64,000 nucleotides of DNA, taken from the NCBI GenBank assembly GCA_030704615.1, contig CM060731.1, positions 79,050,001 to 79,114,000 of the forward strand. The letters are read 5' to 3'. The stretch is from Takakia lepidozioides (Eukaryota; Plantae; Bryophyta). Positions within the stretch are counted from its first letter, which is position 1. Every line of letters begins with the position of its first letter. Shown piece after piece: positions 13,411 through 26,600 of the stretch. The translations under genes and the position numbers were made by a program. Under the pieces are notes generated by a model. It searched no databases. It saw nothing but the letters and a program-made list of their open reading frames with translations, and was not told the origin of the DNA.

Positions 13411-13916
13411 TGACAAATTTGTATGCACACATTGTAGATTGTATGCAGTGGAGTTATATAACATAGAATACGACGTATTTATTGCATATGCAAATGTTAC
13501 ATTATATGTATATAGAAAAAATAAAAATTCTTAGCTAACAAAATCAGTAGTCAATGGTCAAAGATGCATGTGACCCTTAACTCCAACTAATGCACCACCT
13601 TAAACTGAAGAGAATACAAGATCTCTGGCCAAAGTAATAGTTTGCAAACTTGTATTCAAGGAAAACAGTTTTATATTAACCAAAATATGGACTTTTGTAC
13701 TAACAAATGCATATGTGTCATGTTTGATAAAAAATTAATTTGAAAACTTGTATGACAGGTACACAAGTTCCATTTTAACCAAAATATGAACTTCTATACT
13801 AACAAATGCATATGTGTCATGTTTGTAATAAAGTAGTAACAAGATAATTACATGTCATATGCATGAAAATGAACGGCGCTAGTCAGAGGTTCATTTTTTG
13901 TGTATTTCATGAGTCA

Positions 13917-14600
13917 CTAAGAAGTTGAACTAGGGTTCTTCTTTAGCATAGCCCTAACCTCTAACTGACTAAGGGAAGGTTGGTGGATCTCATAAACCCC
14001 GGCGCATCCTAGATGCGCGTTGTACATGAAGTACATGTGCTTACAAGGTAGATATGTTTGTTTTTTCTTCTTGACAGATAGCTCATCAGAGTCGGGACAA
14101 TCACAAGATGGAAACTGACCAATGTATACATTGTAAACCAATCTTGCCATGGTAGATCCCTTTGTTTGTAGCTGGTAAATTCTCCCATAACCTGGCTGAG
14201 GCACGTTTCTGAATCCACGAACTTCAGCAATAAGAATCTCCGCTGACTCTTGGCGACTCAAGTGTCGAGGAGTCGGATCCCGACGCCGAATGCGCACCCC
14301 ATAGTGTGTAGTGGGATACTTACCCACAGGAAGGACCACACATTGATGAATATATTGTTCCACTGGAAGTGGTCCCACAGGAAAGTTCGGATGAGGAACG
14401 TTGGGAGGATGGACTAGTCGAAAACCTGCAAGGGTCAAGTTGTCCACCTCTTCTTGTGTAAGGTTGGTTCCAACCTTCACAAGCCACACGTTGTGTATAC
14501 CCCGGTTTCCCAAGCAATAGGATGGCACGGTCACTAGAAGCATTTGTGTCTTTTCCAAATCGATTGCATGTCCAAAACCACTAAGGGAACAACTTTGAGA
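13917..14600 (-). pseudogene. C-terminal SWIM zinc-finger fragment of a Mutator-like transposase
   Basis: YNVYIGQFPSCDCPD...PCKHMYF is a CxC...CxH SWIM motif. The upstream FWTC resembles the FWFC near the end of the transposase at 47990. Confidence 0.7.
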
Positions 14601-15189
14601 TGTTTGTTACTACTGCACAGTCGTAACGGATAAATTCGCATTTCTAATGGCGGACAGAAGTTGCATCAATGACTCCGCAGTCGGCGCAATATTCGGGGCG
14701 ATTTAATTCAATTAAGTAATTTTATTTATTTTTAAACATCAATTACAAGTGGTTTTAAGCACTAGAGAACGACTCTTAACAACTAGGCATTCATTGCACA
14801 CCCTATTCAAAAATGGAATTTTTATAAGTGCTCCACATGGCTCATGATGTGGAATATTTTAATGTATTTTAGGGCTTGTGTGGCTTGTAGAGATTGTTCT
14901 AATCGTCGGATGTAAAATAATCTAGGGGTGGAAGAGTAACTTTGTCATTTGCCTGAATTTGTCTAAGTGTTGGGAGAGGGATGGAGGCTTGGGAGAGAGA
15001 CGAGCAAGTGATGTGACGAAGACCAAATTGAGGCCCATGTCTTGTTGTTGCAAGCGTTTATGGCATCAGGGGCGCATTATGTGCAAATGTGGGCTCTTGG
15101 CTCTCCTTTGTACCATGATCTGGTATTCTTCCTGATGATCACAAGGTTCTTGGGGGAATCAGCTTGGTCTTAGCAGCCCATATTTTAAT

Positions 15190-16900
15190 CTTTGCCCACT
15201 CAGAACCACCCATATTACCTAACTACAGATACAAGCAGCACACACAAGAGATCTTCTTGGGTTGATGGTCAGTCTAATCCGCAATGGGTCATGACACAAG
15301 GTAGAGGACAATGTGGTGAGGGCGCCTTCTTCTTTGACCTATTTCAACCTGTTTTGCCGAGATATAGTGTCGTGGAGTGCGATGCTTGTAGGGTATGCAC
15401 AGCAGGGATGTGGGATGGAGGCTTTGGAGACCTATGAAGTTGCAAAGGGAGAGTTTGATAACGTGGCTGAACGAGATGTTGTCTCATGGAACACACTGAA
15501 TCTCGCAAGATATGGCCAACATGTGTGCGGGGTGAGGGCATTGGAGACATATGAGCAAATGTTGCGAGAAGGGGTGCAGCCCTGGAGACTTGGAGGCTTG
15601 GTAAAGGGCAAAGAGGTCCATCGTGACGTCGTCAAAGCTGGAACTGTACCAGATGTAACAATACCTCGTCGACATGTATGCCAAACGTGGGAGCATTCCC
15701 TTGTGGACAATGAGTGTTCAACAATATGGCTGAGCGAAATGTGGCGTGGTGGAACGTGATGATCGCAGGACATGCACAACATGGGCGGGGATTGCGGGTT
15801 TTGGAGACCTATGAGCAAATGATGTGGGTCTAGGGGGTGAAGCCCGAGCACATTACGTTTGTTTGTGTTTGTAGTGCATGTGCGAGCCTGCTGGAGAAGG
15901 GCAAAAAGGTCCATGGTTGCATCGTCAAAGCTGGAATTGTGGTAGATGTCATTCTGAACAATACCCTTCTGGATAGGGAGTGTTCAACAATATGGCTGAG
16001 TGAAATGTGGTGTCGTGGAAAGTGATAATCGCAAGACATGCACAACAGGGGCAGGGATTGCAGGTTTTGGAGACCTATGAGCAGTTGATGTGGGAGGGGG
16101 TGAAGTCAGACCACATTACGTTCAGAGAGTTCAAATGCCTCTCCACCATGACCTTGCTTAGCTAACCATGCCTTGCTGATGTTGTTGTCTTGCACTTAAG
16201 CTGTTTTTGGACACTGGCTGGAACATCCACAATGCGGCTCTGCTCGAGAGAGAAATCAGCTTGAATGCAGGGGCAGATTTTGAGATCACAATCACCACTG
16301 AGATGAGTCACCACTCAATCACCACTGAGATGAGTTGATGCAAGATAGGGGGAGGGCTTGCTGGTGTATGTTGTCTGATAGGCCCCACGCACAGAGTCAG
16401 AGCTGGAAGTCAGCCTTGCAAGGACCCAAGTGAGTGAAGTCTGGTGGGGGTAGCATCTTGGGGGATGGCAGTTAGGGCAATGTGTGTCTAGGGCAATATA
16501 TGTCATAGCAACGGGTGATGTGCTGCCAATTTTGAGGATAGAGACAGCTTGTAAGCTGTAGATTTGTATCAGTGGTTTCTTCTGACACATATTGCTCCCA
16601 GTTTGCCACAACCAATTTTGTTTGCGTTTGTAGTGCATGTGCGAGCCTGCTGGGGAAGGGCAAAGAGGTCCATGGTTGCATCGTCAAAGCTGGAATGTGG
16701 CAGATGTCATTATGAACAATACCCTTGTGAACATGGAGTGTTCAACAATATGGCTGAGCATGACAGGGCAAATGGTGTGGGAGGGGGAGACGTTTGTTTG
16801 TGTTTGTAGTGCATGTGCAAGCCTGTTGGAGAAGGGCAAAGAGATCCATGGCTGCATTGTCAAAGCTAGAATTGTGACAGATTTCATTCTGAATTATTGC
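15190..16900 (+). pseudogene. Degraded PLS-class PPR gene with tandemly reiterated motifs, preceded by a PDF-repeat-like tail
   Basis: RDIVSWSAMLVGYAQQG, RDVVSWNTL, KPEHITFVCVCSACASLLEKGKKVHGCIVKAG repeated about 4 times with frameshifts; WVDGQSNPQWV at ~15257. Confidence 0.85.
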
Positions 16901-18620
16901 CAATGTTGTAGCAGGAATTATCCAAAAACAGATAACATAGATGTGGAGAAGCTCGTTGGTGAATCTATGGTGGTTTTGTATTGATTTTGACATGTTACTG
17001 TAGGTAGGGTTTGGGGTGTTTCCCGCAAGAACTTCACGCCGTCAGTGTCAGCTGCTTCAGCTGCTAGCAGCAAGGCTGAAGATGTATTCATGGTTTGTAC
17101 ACAGGCATGGATAGCTGAAGGACCAGGGATAGAGTGTGGGTCCAGATTCATAAGAGGGCCGGATTTCAAGTGAAGAAGGTGTATGATCGACATCCAGACA
17201 AAGAAGATTAACACTTTGATAAGGTATGATCTGGACTGAATATGTTGTTTTCATGGCTGACGTGAGGCTTTTCACAGATTCTCACCTCTTTGTCATGGTA
17301 GGCATGATGGTACATCCACAAGCTGTAGTGCCTTTGGATGAGAAGCAGTCCCCTCACAAAGTATACTGCTCGTTTTCTCAAGAGCATACCAATTCTTTGC
17401 CTGCCAGAATGCTACGCTATCCTTTTCACTCTGAAATAGAATCCACTTGTCATGTAGGGTTGGAGTAGCCTTGCCCATCACACCCTCTCTTATTGTGTGG
17501 GCGACAACCTGAGATTACCATGTTTTGATTATTTTCAAGATCTTCAGGAACACTCAATCAGCTGACATGATTGCTGTTAGCTGTGTCAAGTCGCAATCGC
17601 AAGCTTAGAATGGAACCTCAAGGCTGGTTTGGTAGAGCCGGGACTATTCCTCTTTGGATGCTTATTACATGTATTCTTACCTTTGGGCTTGCAATTTTGT
17701 GCAACAGGCCTGATGAACTTGTCGTGCGCATACATATCGCTACACAACTACATCGTTGTCCAAAACCACACAACACATGTGCATACCACACACTAGTATA
17801 CCACTAGTCCACCACTAGTCCAACCACTAGTCCAACCACTAGGCTACAACTAGTCAGTCACTAGGCTGCCACTATGCTGCCCACTATGGCAGTCACTAGT
17901 CCACACAATCGCGATAAAGAAGAAGAATACAAGCACGAGTTCACAAATCTGAAGCATAAACTCATGCATATATAACCTCATCACTCAAATACAAGTCAAG
18001 CCAAGTGCACCCCACGCCATGGGGAATCCACACTACGGCGCCATAGCTAGGCGCGGTGAGGCTCAACTCGAGAAAGATGAGCTTTCCGCGCTTGCCGTGA
18101 AGATAACCACTCCAGGGCCTAAATCTGCCTTGACCCCTGGATTGACACTTGGCCAATCCCAAATGTCAATATGTAAAAGCTAGCTATTTCCTAGCTAGTT
18201 TCACACTAGTGGTAAAATAACTTGACAACTGTCGTGCGCATACATATCGCTACACAACTACATCGCTGTCCAAAACCACACAACACATGTGCACACCACA
18301 CACTAGTATACCACTAGTCCACCACTAGTCCAGCCACTAGTCCAACCACTAGGCTACAACTAGTCAGTCACTAGACTGCCACTATGCTGCCCACTATGGC
18401 AGTCACTAGTCCACACAATTGCCCCCTAGCTGGTGCTTAGGTCCCTCTAAGTCCAGGTAGCCACAAGATGTGATAGTGACCATAGCCTCACTAAGTCCTC
18501 CACCACTATCCCTACTACACTCAAACTCGATAGATCAAGAGGCCGGGTGCAAGAGTTGCCCCATCGTTAGTCGCCGTCTTGCAACCTGTGAACTTGAGCT
18601 GGGATCTCATGTATTGACTC

Positions 18621-20245
18621 CTATGAGCTTGGCCTCCCTTGTCTTGTTAGCTGCCTCCAGTCATGTCCACTGCCACTATCCCAACACAACCAATCTCCGT
18701 CAGGAACCTTCTCAAGAGGTGGTGTCAAGCATCCCATATGCCAACCCCTTGAGCATCGATCACACACCAGCATGGTGGCTGCCCCTTTGGCAGACTCACA
18801 GAGCATGCACCTCAAACCTGCAGGTACCACTGCCAAGTTTGGGTCAACTCTGCCATCGACATTGGGAAGGTGACATGGCGCACAATTACGCACATGGTCC
18901 TTCCAAGTCATGTCATCCCGACCCTCTAAGATCAGGACCCCTGAGGGCAACACCTCTCGAACCCTCAGAATAACACGCCCTGCAGTAACATCCAGAGTTG
19001 TAGGAGCAGTCTGCTGCAAATAAACATAGTCACTAGGGCTAAACCTCCGAACCCCAGGACGATATCCTCCACCACGTATAGTGGCATACCTCAACGTATC
19101 ACGGTGCTGTGCAATGGCAAGGTTCTCAAAAGCCATGGGCATGACTTTCTTGAACAACTCTGCACGCTGATCACATGCACGTACCCACACGTCCGGATCA
19201 TCAAGGTTAAGGACTTGAGCAATGTCCCTACGAATGGCTGCAGGCAAATCCGGCTCTCGGCCAAAGAGAAGGAAATATGGTGAGAAGGAGGCAAGTGATG
19301 CTTGTTTGCTGAACCTGTAGCCCATGGCTAACCAAGGAACCTGAAGATCCAATCTCCTAGGTGTCCCTTCTGCAAGCCATACTTGCGCAAACCCCTCTTC
19401 ACCGTCTGAACAACTCTCTCTGCTAAGCCATCGGCCTCAGGATGATCTCGAGAAGTGGTGCGGTGGTCTATCAAGGCTTTATCACACAAAGCCTGAAACT
19501 CCCCCAAGAACTCTCTCCCTTGGTCCGTGAGTACCTCAGCTGGAGCACCAAATCGGCTAAGCACACGATCCAAGAATGCATACGCAGCCCCCTCACTAGC
19601 CTTGTCAGGCAATGGAACCAACTCAATCCACTTGGAGAAGTGCTCCACCATCACCAACACATATCTGTGATGGCGCATAGTCAGTGGCAACGGTCCTGCA
19701 AAGTCAAGACTCCACCTGTAGCCCAATCCCATGATTGGTAAAGGATGCAACTGTGGTGTAGGGGCGTTGAATGAAGCACGCACCCTGTCACACACCATGC
19801 ACCTAGCCACGAACTGTTGCACCTTTGTATGCATACCACGCCACCAATACTGCCCATGCAGTAAATTGTGAGTGCGTCGCACTCCAAAATGCCCCAACTC
19901 CTCATGGGCATGCCGCACTAACCGTGCACGCTGTGTGGGGTGAGGCAAAATCCTCACCCGACCATCCTCCCACACTCGAAGTAGGTGTATCCCCTCCCAC
20001 TTGAACCTCTTGGCTCGTTGTAGGATCCGATCTCTCTCCATGGCAGTCACAGTGGCTGCCGTGTCTCCCGTGCGGAGGTAGTCCAACACAGCCGAATCCT
20101 CATGTATATCTCTGGCACCACCTGGCTCATCACTAGCCTCAGGGTCCTCAGACACTCCGTCTACAATCATCCCTGTTGTAGGTCCAACCTGACCTCCCGA
20201 TGCCAAGATACACATAAATGCAGATGCGTGCCATCCCGGCACCAT
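18621..20245 (-). CDS. Integrase (HHCC + DDE) with C-terminal PHD finger, frameshifted
   Basis: HAHEELGHFG..CMVC, WSLDFAGP, VLTDQG, ADGLAERVVQ; CMLCESAKGAATMLVCDRCSRGWHMGCLTPPLEKVPDGDWLC. Confidence 0.92.
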
Positions 20246-20287
20246 CTCCTCGTCCGTCTCACCATGCCACCGAGCTCCTGTGTCATC

Positions 20288-20640
20288 CTACTGGCTCATG
20301 CATGGATTGCGACTCAATCCATCCGCATCCCGATTGACCAAACCTGGTCGATGCACAACCTGAAAGTCATACTCTTGGAGTATGAGTGCCCACCGTGCAA
20401 GCTTCCCCGTAAGCTTGTCTGACTCCATCAACCACTTGAGTGGCTGGTGATCCGTGACAAGGGTGAAAAGATTGCCATATAGATAGCACCTGAAGTGTGC
20501 CACGGCCCACACTGCAGCTAAGCACTCTCCCTCATTTGAGCTGTACTTAGCATCTGCAGCGTTGTTTGAGCGGCTAGCATAAGCCACTACAAACTCTCTT
20601 CCCTCATCATCCACTTATATGAACACCGCTCCAAGCCCCA
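20288..20640 (-). CDS. RNase H of family-B copy 2; its N-terminal DWS motif lies across the nested insertion at ~27608-27630
   Basis: VVAYASRS..YSS.EGECLAAVWAVAHFRCYLYG..FTLVTDHQPL..LARW..ADGLSR; the two flanks rejoin as DWSMVGLGAV. Confidence 0.92.
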
Positions 20641-20641
20641 G

Positions 20642-23600
20642 TGTCGCGCACCTCACTTCGGTAAGCTCCCCTTCAAGTCATAGTTACTCGCTTTGATGCG
20701 CGCGCCTAACTCCCAACCTGGCCGCCCAGGCCAACTTGGAGCTTCGGCTGCTCACCGGGACATAACAGTCCCCCCTTTGCTTCCCTCTAAACCCTCCACC
20801 TAATTGGGACTAGGAGAATTCCCTTTGGTAGATGGCAGTCCAGAACAGCTCCCCACTCTTTGGTCGCTTTCCGGCTCGCTCGCTTACTCACTAGTTTTTG
20901 GTCACCAACGGGCTTGCACCGTTCTCGGGGTTACTACTCCCTATATATACTTCTGTAGCTGTCCGCAGGGGTTCCACAACTAGCCATGCCATTTTATGGC
21001 GAACCACCACGAAAACCCTCGACTCCCGGTGATGAGTCGCGGTGAGTCTTGGCCCGCTCACCACGGCCCCTATGGACCGTGATGAGTCCCAAGACTCCCC
21101 ACGACTCCCACCACGAGGTCTCCGCCTCAGGGTGAGTCCTATGCTACCCCCACTAAGTCCCGCTAAGCTACCACCACCCCTTGTGGAGCCACCCCCACCG
21201 CACCCCGGTGTGCGGGGCTCCACCTAGTGAGCGCCTCCCCCTCCTTGAGTGCCTTGGGCACTCAAGGGTGCTTCAGCTCCCCATACCTATCGCTGCCACT
21301 GCCCCCACCACAGGGGCAGCCCCACTTGTGTCCCGGCCCCCTGCCCTCAAGGCAAAGGGCCGCGACACACACCCCTACCAACAGGGAGTCGATGTCCCCA
21401 TCGACTTGTCCATTTTGTAGAAACGAACATCCAAGTTGTGGCGTCCCATATCAAGGAGTTTGTTTCCGCACCATGGCGTCCCATGGTAAAGAACCAAACC
21501 CCACACTTGACTCTACTCTCCACTAGCTAGTTCGGCCGACTTCCTCCAAGTCCCGGCCAAGGGTGGAGCCTCTCCAGCTCCTCTCAGTGCACTCTTCTTG
21601 GCCTACGTCAAGGCCAAGGAACGATCCTCCCCGAGGATCGAATCGCCTTACTGCAACAACATTGCTTGCGATCGCTCATGATGCCGCTTTTGGCATTACC
21701 TTGAGCAAGGGTTCACCTGGAACCGTCTTTGACTAGGACGATAACCTTGAACCAACCGTTCGCCCCAATCACTACAATTGGGTCCGCCTTGGAATGCTGG
21801 CCTGAGGTACGGGAACACGCCGAAGCCGCATTTCGACTTCGTCCCGAGGCTACACGATTATAGTACGTGAACGGAAGCACGTAGCTTCCGCGTTAGCCCG
21901 CACTACAAGGCAACCCCCTCGGTAGCGCAGTTATAGTACGCGCACGCGCCAGGTGCGCACTAGCACGTGAACTCCTAAAGAAGGCACAAGTTTCCTTGCC
22001 CCTTGGATGGGAGTCACCCGATTTCGGCACTGCGCAAACACACGATTAACCCAATTTACCTCTCCCACTTTTGTAAGCTAGCATGCATTCTACACACTAG
22101 CCAACCACACCATGCATCACCATTCCAAACACAATAGGACGCACAAATTTGGAACCCATTTCCTTTATAACAAATTTTTGTACAATACAAGTTTTTGCAA
22201 TCGGATTCCTGAGCTAGCTAAACCGGGCTAAGCATGCATTTCCTCCCCCACGCTCCAAGGTTGATGTCCCCATCAATGCTTCTTCCGCTTTTGAGGTCGC
22301 CCTTCGAAAGCTGTAACCGCCTCGGATGCGTTTCCCATTTCTGAGGCACGCACCCAAGATGCCTCCACATGATGATAGCCCTTCCATTTGACGAGATACT
22401 ACTCCGTTTCTCGGTTCCTGAACCTCCTCGACTTAAGTATTGCCTCCACCTCGTACTCAGGTTCATTTTCATGATCCAACAGCATAGGTGGCGGACGCAA
22501 CACTTGATGCCGATTCGGACGCGCTTCATCTTTGAAGTAAGGTTTCAAAAGGGAGACATGGAATACTGGGTGCACCTTGCTGTTTGCCGGCAGCTCCAAT
22601 TCATACACATCCTCATTCATAACCTTCCGAATGCGAAAGGGTCCCGCATACGGAGGTACAAACTTTGGACTCACTTCCGGAGGTAGTCGGAAATTCTTGA
22701 TGTTCAACCAGACCTCTGTGCCTGCCTCAAACTTCACTTCCCTCCGCTTCCGATTCGCCTGCCTTTCATACCGTTTCCTAGCTTTGGCAATATTGTAATT
22801 TGCGAGCTTCAACAAACGCTCGCGTTCTTCCAGTACCGCCGCTACTGTCGGTTCCTCAACGTCCTGGGCGGCCCACTTGTCGGCACCAGAGGTGCTTTTC
22901 CATAGACCAATACGAAAGGGGAAACTCCCGTTGCGGAGTGTTCTGTGTTATTATAACAGAACTCTGCCGCGTCTAAGTGTTCCATCCAGTCTGATTGGTC
23001 TGCCGACACGTAATTCCGCAAGAATTGCTTCACTACGGAATTCACTCTTTCCGTTTGGCCGTCCGTCGTAGGTCGGAAGGCGGTGCTCATCTTCAGCCTC
23101 GTCCCCATCTTCTTCCAAAGTGCTCTCCAGAATTTACTCGTAAACTTTGGATCGCGGTCCGAGACAATATCCTTCGGGACTCCATGATGCTTTAAGACGT
23201 GGGCGAAGTAAAGTCACCATATCTCCTGCGCCGTTGCCATCTCCTTGGTGGGGATGAAATGGCCCATTTTACTGAACCTATCTACCACCACCATGATTGC
23301 ATCGAATCCTTTTGACAGCGGCATAGCAGTCATGAAATCCATCGAGACGCTTTCCCAAGTCCTCTCTGGAATCGGCAAGGGTTGTAACAGCCCCGCTTGC
23401 TTTTTGTACTCGCTCCAGTTTTGTTGGCATGTGGTGCATGTCTTGACATACTCCTCTGCCTCATCCCTCAGTTTGGGCCAGAAATACTCTTTCTTCAAGA
23501 GTGCCGCAGTGCGCTTGGCTCCGCCGTGGCCCGCAAGCGGGCTATCATGGCATTCTCTCAAGAGGCTATCTCTGATCCCTCCCTTCGGCACGTAGAGACG

Positions 23601-26600
23601 TTTTTGCTTATACCGGAGCAGTCCATTTTGCAAGTGGAACTGCGATTTAACCCCCATCCTCAAGTCCTGCATCACGGACTTCGCCAGCTCATCCTTCCGG
23701 CAAGCCTTCCGGATCTTCCTTTGGAGCACCGTCTCGCCCTTGTACACTAACAAGAGCTGTGCTTTCTACTTAAAGCATCGGCCACCACATTGTCCCGTCC
23801 CGGTTTGTACTGGATATCCACGTCGAACATTGCCAAAGTATCTTGCCACTAAGTTGTTTTGGGGACAACTTGGCTGCGTGGCAAAATACTTCACCGTGAC
23901 ATTGTCCGTGAACACCTTCACTGGGTTGGAACCAACATAGTGGCGCCAGAGCTCAAGGCAATGCACCACCGCCTTCATCTCTTTTTCGTGCGTCGGCCAC
24001 CGTCGCTCCACTTCATTCAGTTTTCTTACTTTCGTAAGCCACTGGACGTCCATCTTGCATAAGAACACCCCCAATCGCGAAGTCCGATGCATCTGTATGA
24101 ATCTCAAACGGACGATCGAACTCCGGGATTTTCAAGACTGGAGCTTCCGTCATCCGCTGCTTCAATTCAGCAAAAGCTTGGCCACAAAATGTGTTCCATA
24201 CCTAGACTTTGGATTTACACAGAAGGTCCGACAGCGGCCCCGCGATCTTGGCGAAATTTCTCACATACTTCCGGTAATAGGAGGCGAGTCCTAGGAAGGA
24301 TCGCACTCCCGGGACCGAAGTCGGAGGCTCCCAGTCCAAGATCGCCCTCACCTTTCTGTCATCCATTTTGATCCCATCCTGTGTAATCACATGCCCCAGG
24401 AACTCCACTTTTGTGACCCCGAATTCGCACTTTGAAGCTTTGGCATACAGCTTCCCTTCCCGCAATTTTTGGAACACCCTTTTGAGGTGCTCCAGGTGCT
24501 CCTCTTTTGTTTTCGAGTACACCAAGATGTCGTCGATGTACACGATCACAAAGTCATCCAACCACTCCTGGAAAAGGCTGTTCATCAGCATGCTAAATGT
24601 CGCTGGTGCATTGGTGAGCCCAAAAGGCATTACCAAGAACTCATATGAACCATACCTTGTCCTGCACGCGGTCTTCTCCTCATCTCCTTCCGCCACCCGA
24701 ATTTGGTGATAGCCGGAGCGCAAGTCGATCCGGCTGAAATACTTCGCTCCTGCCAACCGATCGAAGAGGTCGTCGATCCTTGGCAAGGGTACCGGTTTTT
24801 GATAGTCACCTTATTCAGAGCCCTGTAATCGACACACATCCGCAGCGTCCCATCCTTCTTGTCTGCAAATAGCACCGGGGCTCCGTAAGGTGACTTACTC
24901 GGCCGGATGTACCCCTTTGACATTAGATCCTTGAGCTGAGTTTTCAGCTCGACCAATTCTCTGTGGCTCAACCGGTAGGGCGCCTTGGTAGGCGGTTCCG
25001 ATCCCGGTATCACCTCAATCTTGTGGTCAACTCCTCTTCGCGGTGGCAAGCCGCTTGGTAAATCCTCTGGCATCACATCCTGGTATTTCTCCAAAATCCC
25101 CTGATCCAATCTGGGCTCGGCTCCCCATCGCCTTCTCCTTTCACTTCTCTAACGTAAAGAAAAAACTGGGGCTCGTGTGCCTCATCCACGGCCCACTCCT
25201 TTGCTGACAGAAGGTTTATTCGCCCTCCCACGGATTTGGGCGTTTCAACACTCGTAAAACCTCGCCACCATTCCCACATGGCAGCGTGACTACTCTCTTG
25301 CGGCCATCTATGACCGCTCCGGATTTGCTCAAAAGGTCATCCCCAAAATGAGATCCACTCCATCGATCTCGCAGATGGTGAAGTTCTCACGTCCCTCCAA
25401 CTCCCCAGTTGAAGAGGAACATCAATCGCCAACCTTGTCGCCAACTGTGGTTCTCCTTTGGCAGAACACACCTCAATAGAGGCCCCCACGTCACTTGTCG
25501 GGAGTCCCAGCTTTTGTGCCGTTGCCGGTGTCATGAAGGAGTGCGACGCTCATGTGTCCACCAACAACGACACATTAGTTCCGGATATTATCCCATCCAC
25601 GAACAATAACTGACTCCCTTTTCGTAAGGCGCCAGTTTCCTTATACAACTCACAAAAAATTTGCCTACCTTGCAAGTCCTGGCGACCACCGCTTCCACCA
25701 AGCGACTGATGGTATCTTCCGACAGCTCCGTGGTCGCCCGAGTCATGTTCAATTGCCGGGGCTTCGTGCACTTCTTGGCCATGTGCCCGGGCTCCCCGCA
25801 ATTGAAACACACTCCATCAAAGGTCGCCTTCTGTCCGCCATAAGCCGCTCCACCGCTTTTCCTTTCGAAGCACCGGGTGCCGCCTTGACGTGTGAAGGCC
25901 CTCCCTTCGATTTCCACGTGCCATTTTCGCCGCGTGGCCTATCCCACTTCTTTTCGGTCGGAAGGAGTCACCTTCCCGCCGAATCTTCTTGTGGTTCAGC
26001 TCCGTACGGCCTTGTCTTTCACCCCTAGGGACATCTGAGAAACATTCAGCCCTCTCAATTGCCTCGTTCAAAGTCTTGGGTGGCTTCTCCTCCAACTTCC
26101 GCCTGGCCCATGGGGCCAGTCCCGCCACAAAGTTGAAGACCATTTCTGGTTCTGCCATGTCCGCGACTTCGAGCAACAGCACATTGAAAGCCTGGACATA
26201 CCCCGAATGTCATCTGTTTGCTTCAAATTCCTCATCTTGTCCCGGGCAAGCCAGGACGCGTTGAGGGGCACAACTGTCTCTTCATCATCAATTCCTTGAA
26301 CCCACTCCAGTTCAAGGTTTCCGGGCTTGGACCTCGGTCGTGAAGGCGTTTCTGCCACCATTGTTGAGCATAGCCCCTCAAATAGGTGGGAGCCACTTCC
26401 ACCCGATCCTCGTCACTCAACTTGGCCGCCCGAAAGTACTGCTCTAGCTCCAAGAGCCAGGTGTTGAGTGCCTTCCGATTTCGGACGCCCTCGAAGGTGC
26501 CGGGTTCCTTAGGCTTCACCTTAAACTTTGCCTTAGTGGAAGTGGCATTAGCCGCCTTCAACACGTCTTTCAACGTCCCGCCAAACTGCGCCAACAACCC

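Noticed and set aside
14532-14550. 19-bp exact inverted match to 47977-47995
   Set aside because: Both lie inside transposase-like coding remnants that read sensibly in their own orientation; no TSD, so not accepted as a TIR pair. May be chance.
17720-18227. Treating A+B as an ordinary solo LTR next to a truncated element
   Set aside because: The PPT abuts the second A, the AACT duplication pairs 17719 with 43987, and the same layout recurs at 9172.
21028-21110. Hammerhead ribozyme suggested by two 'tgatgagtc' motifs in the family-A LTR
   Set aside because: No CUGAUGA core and no correctly placed GAAA; only simple hairpins.
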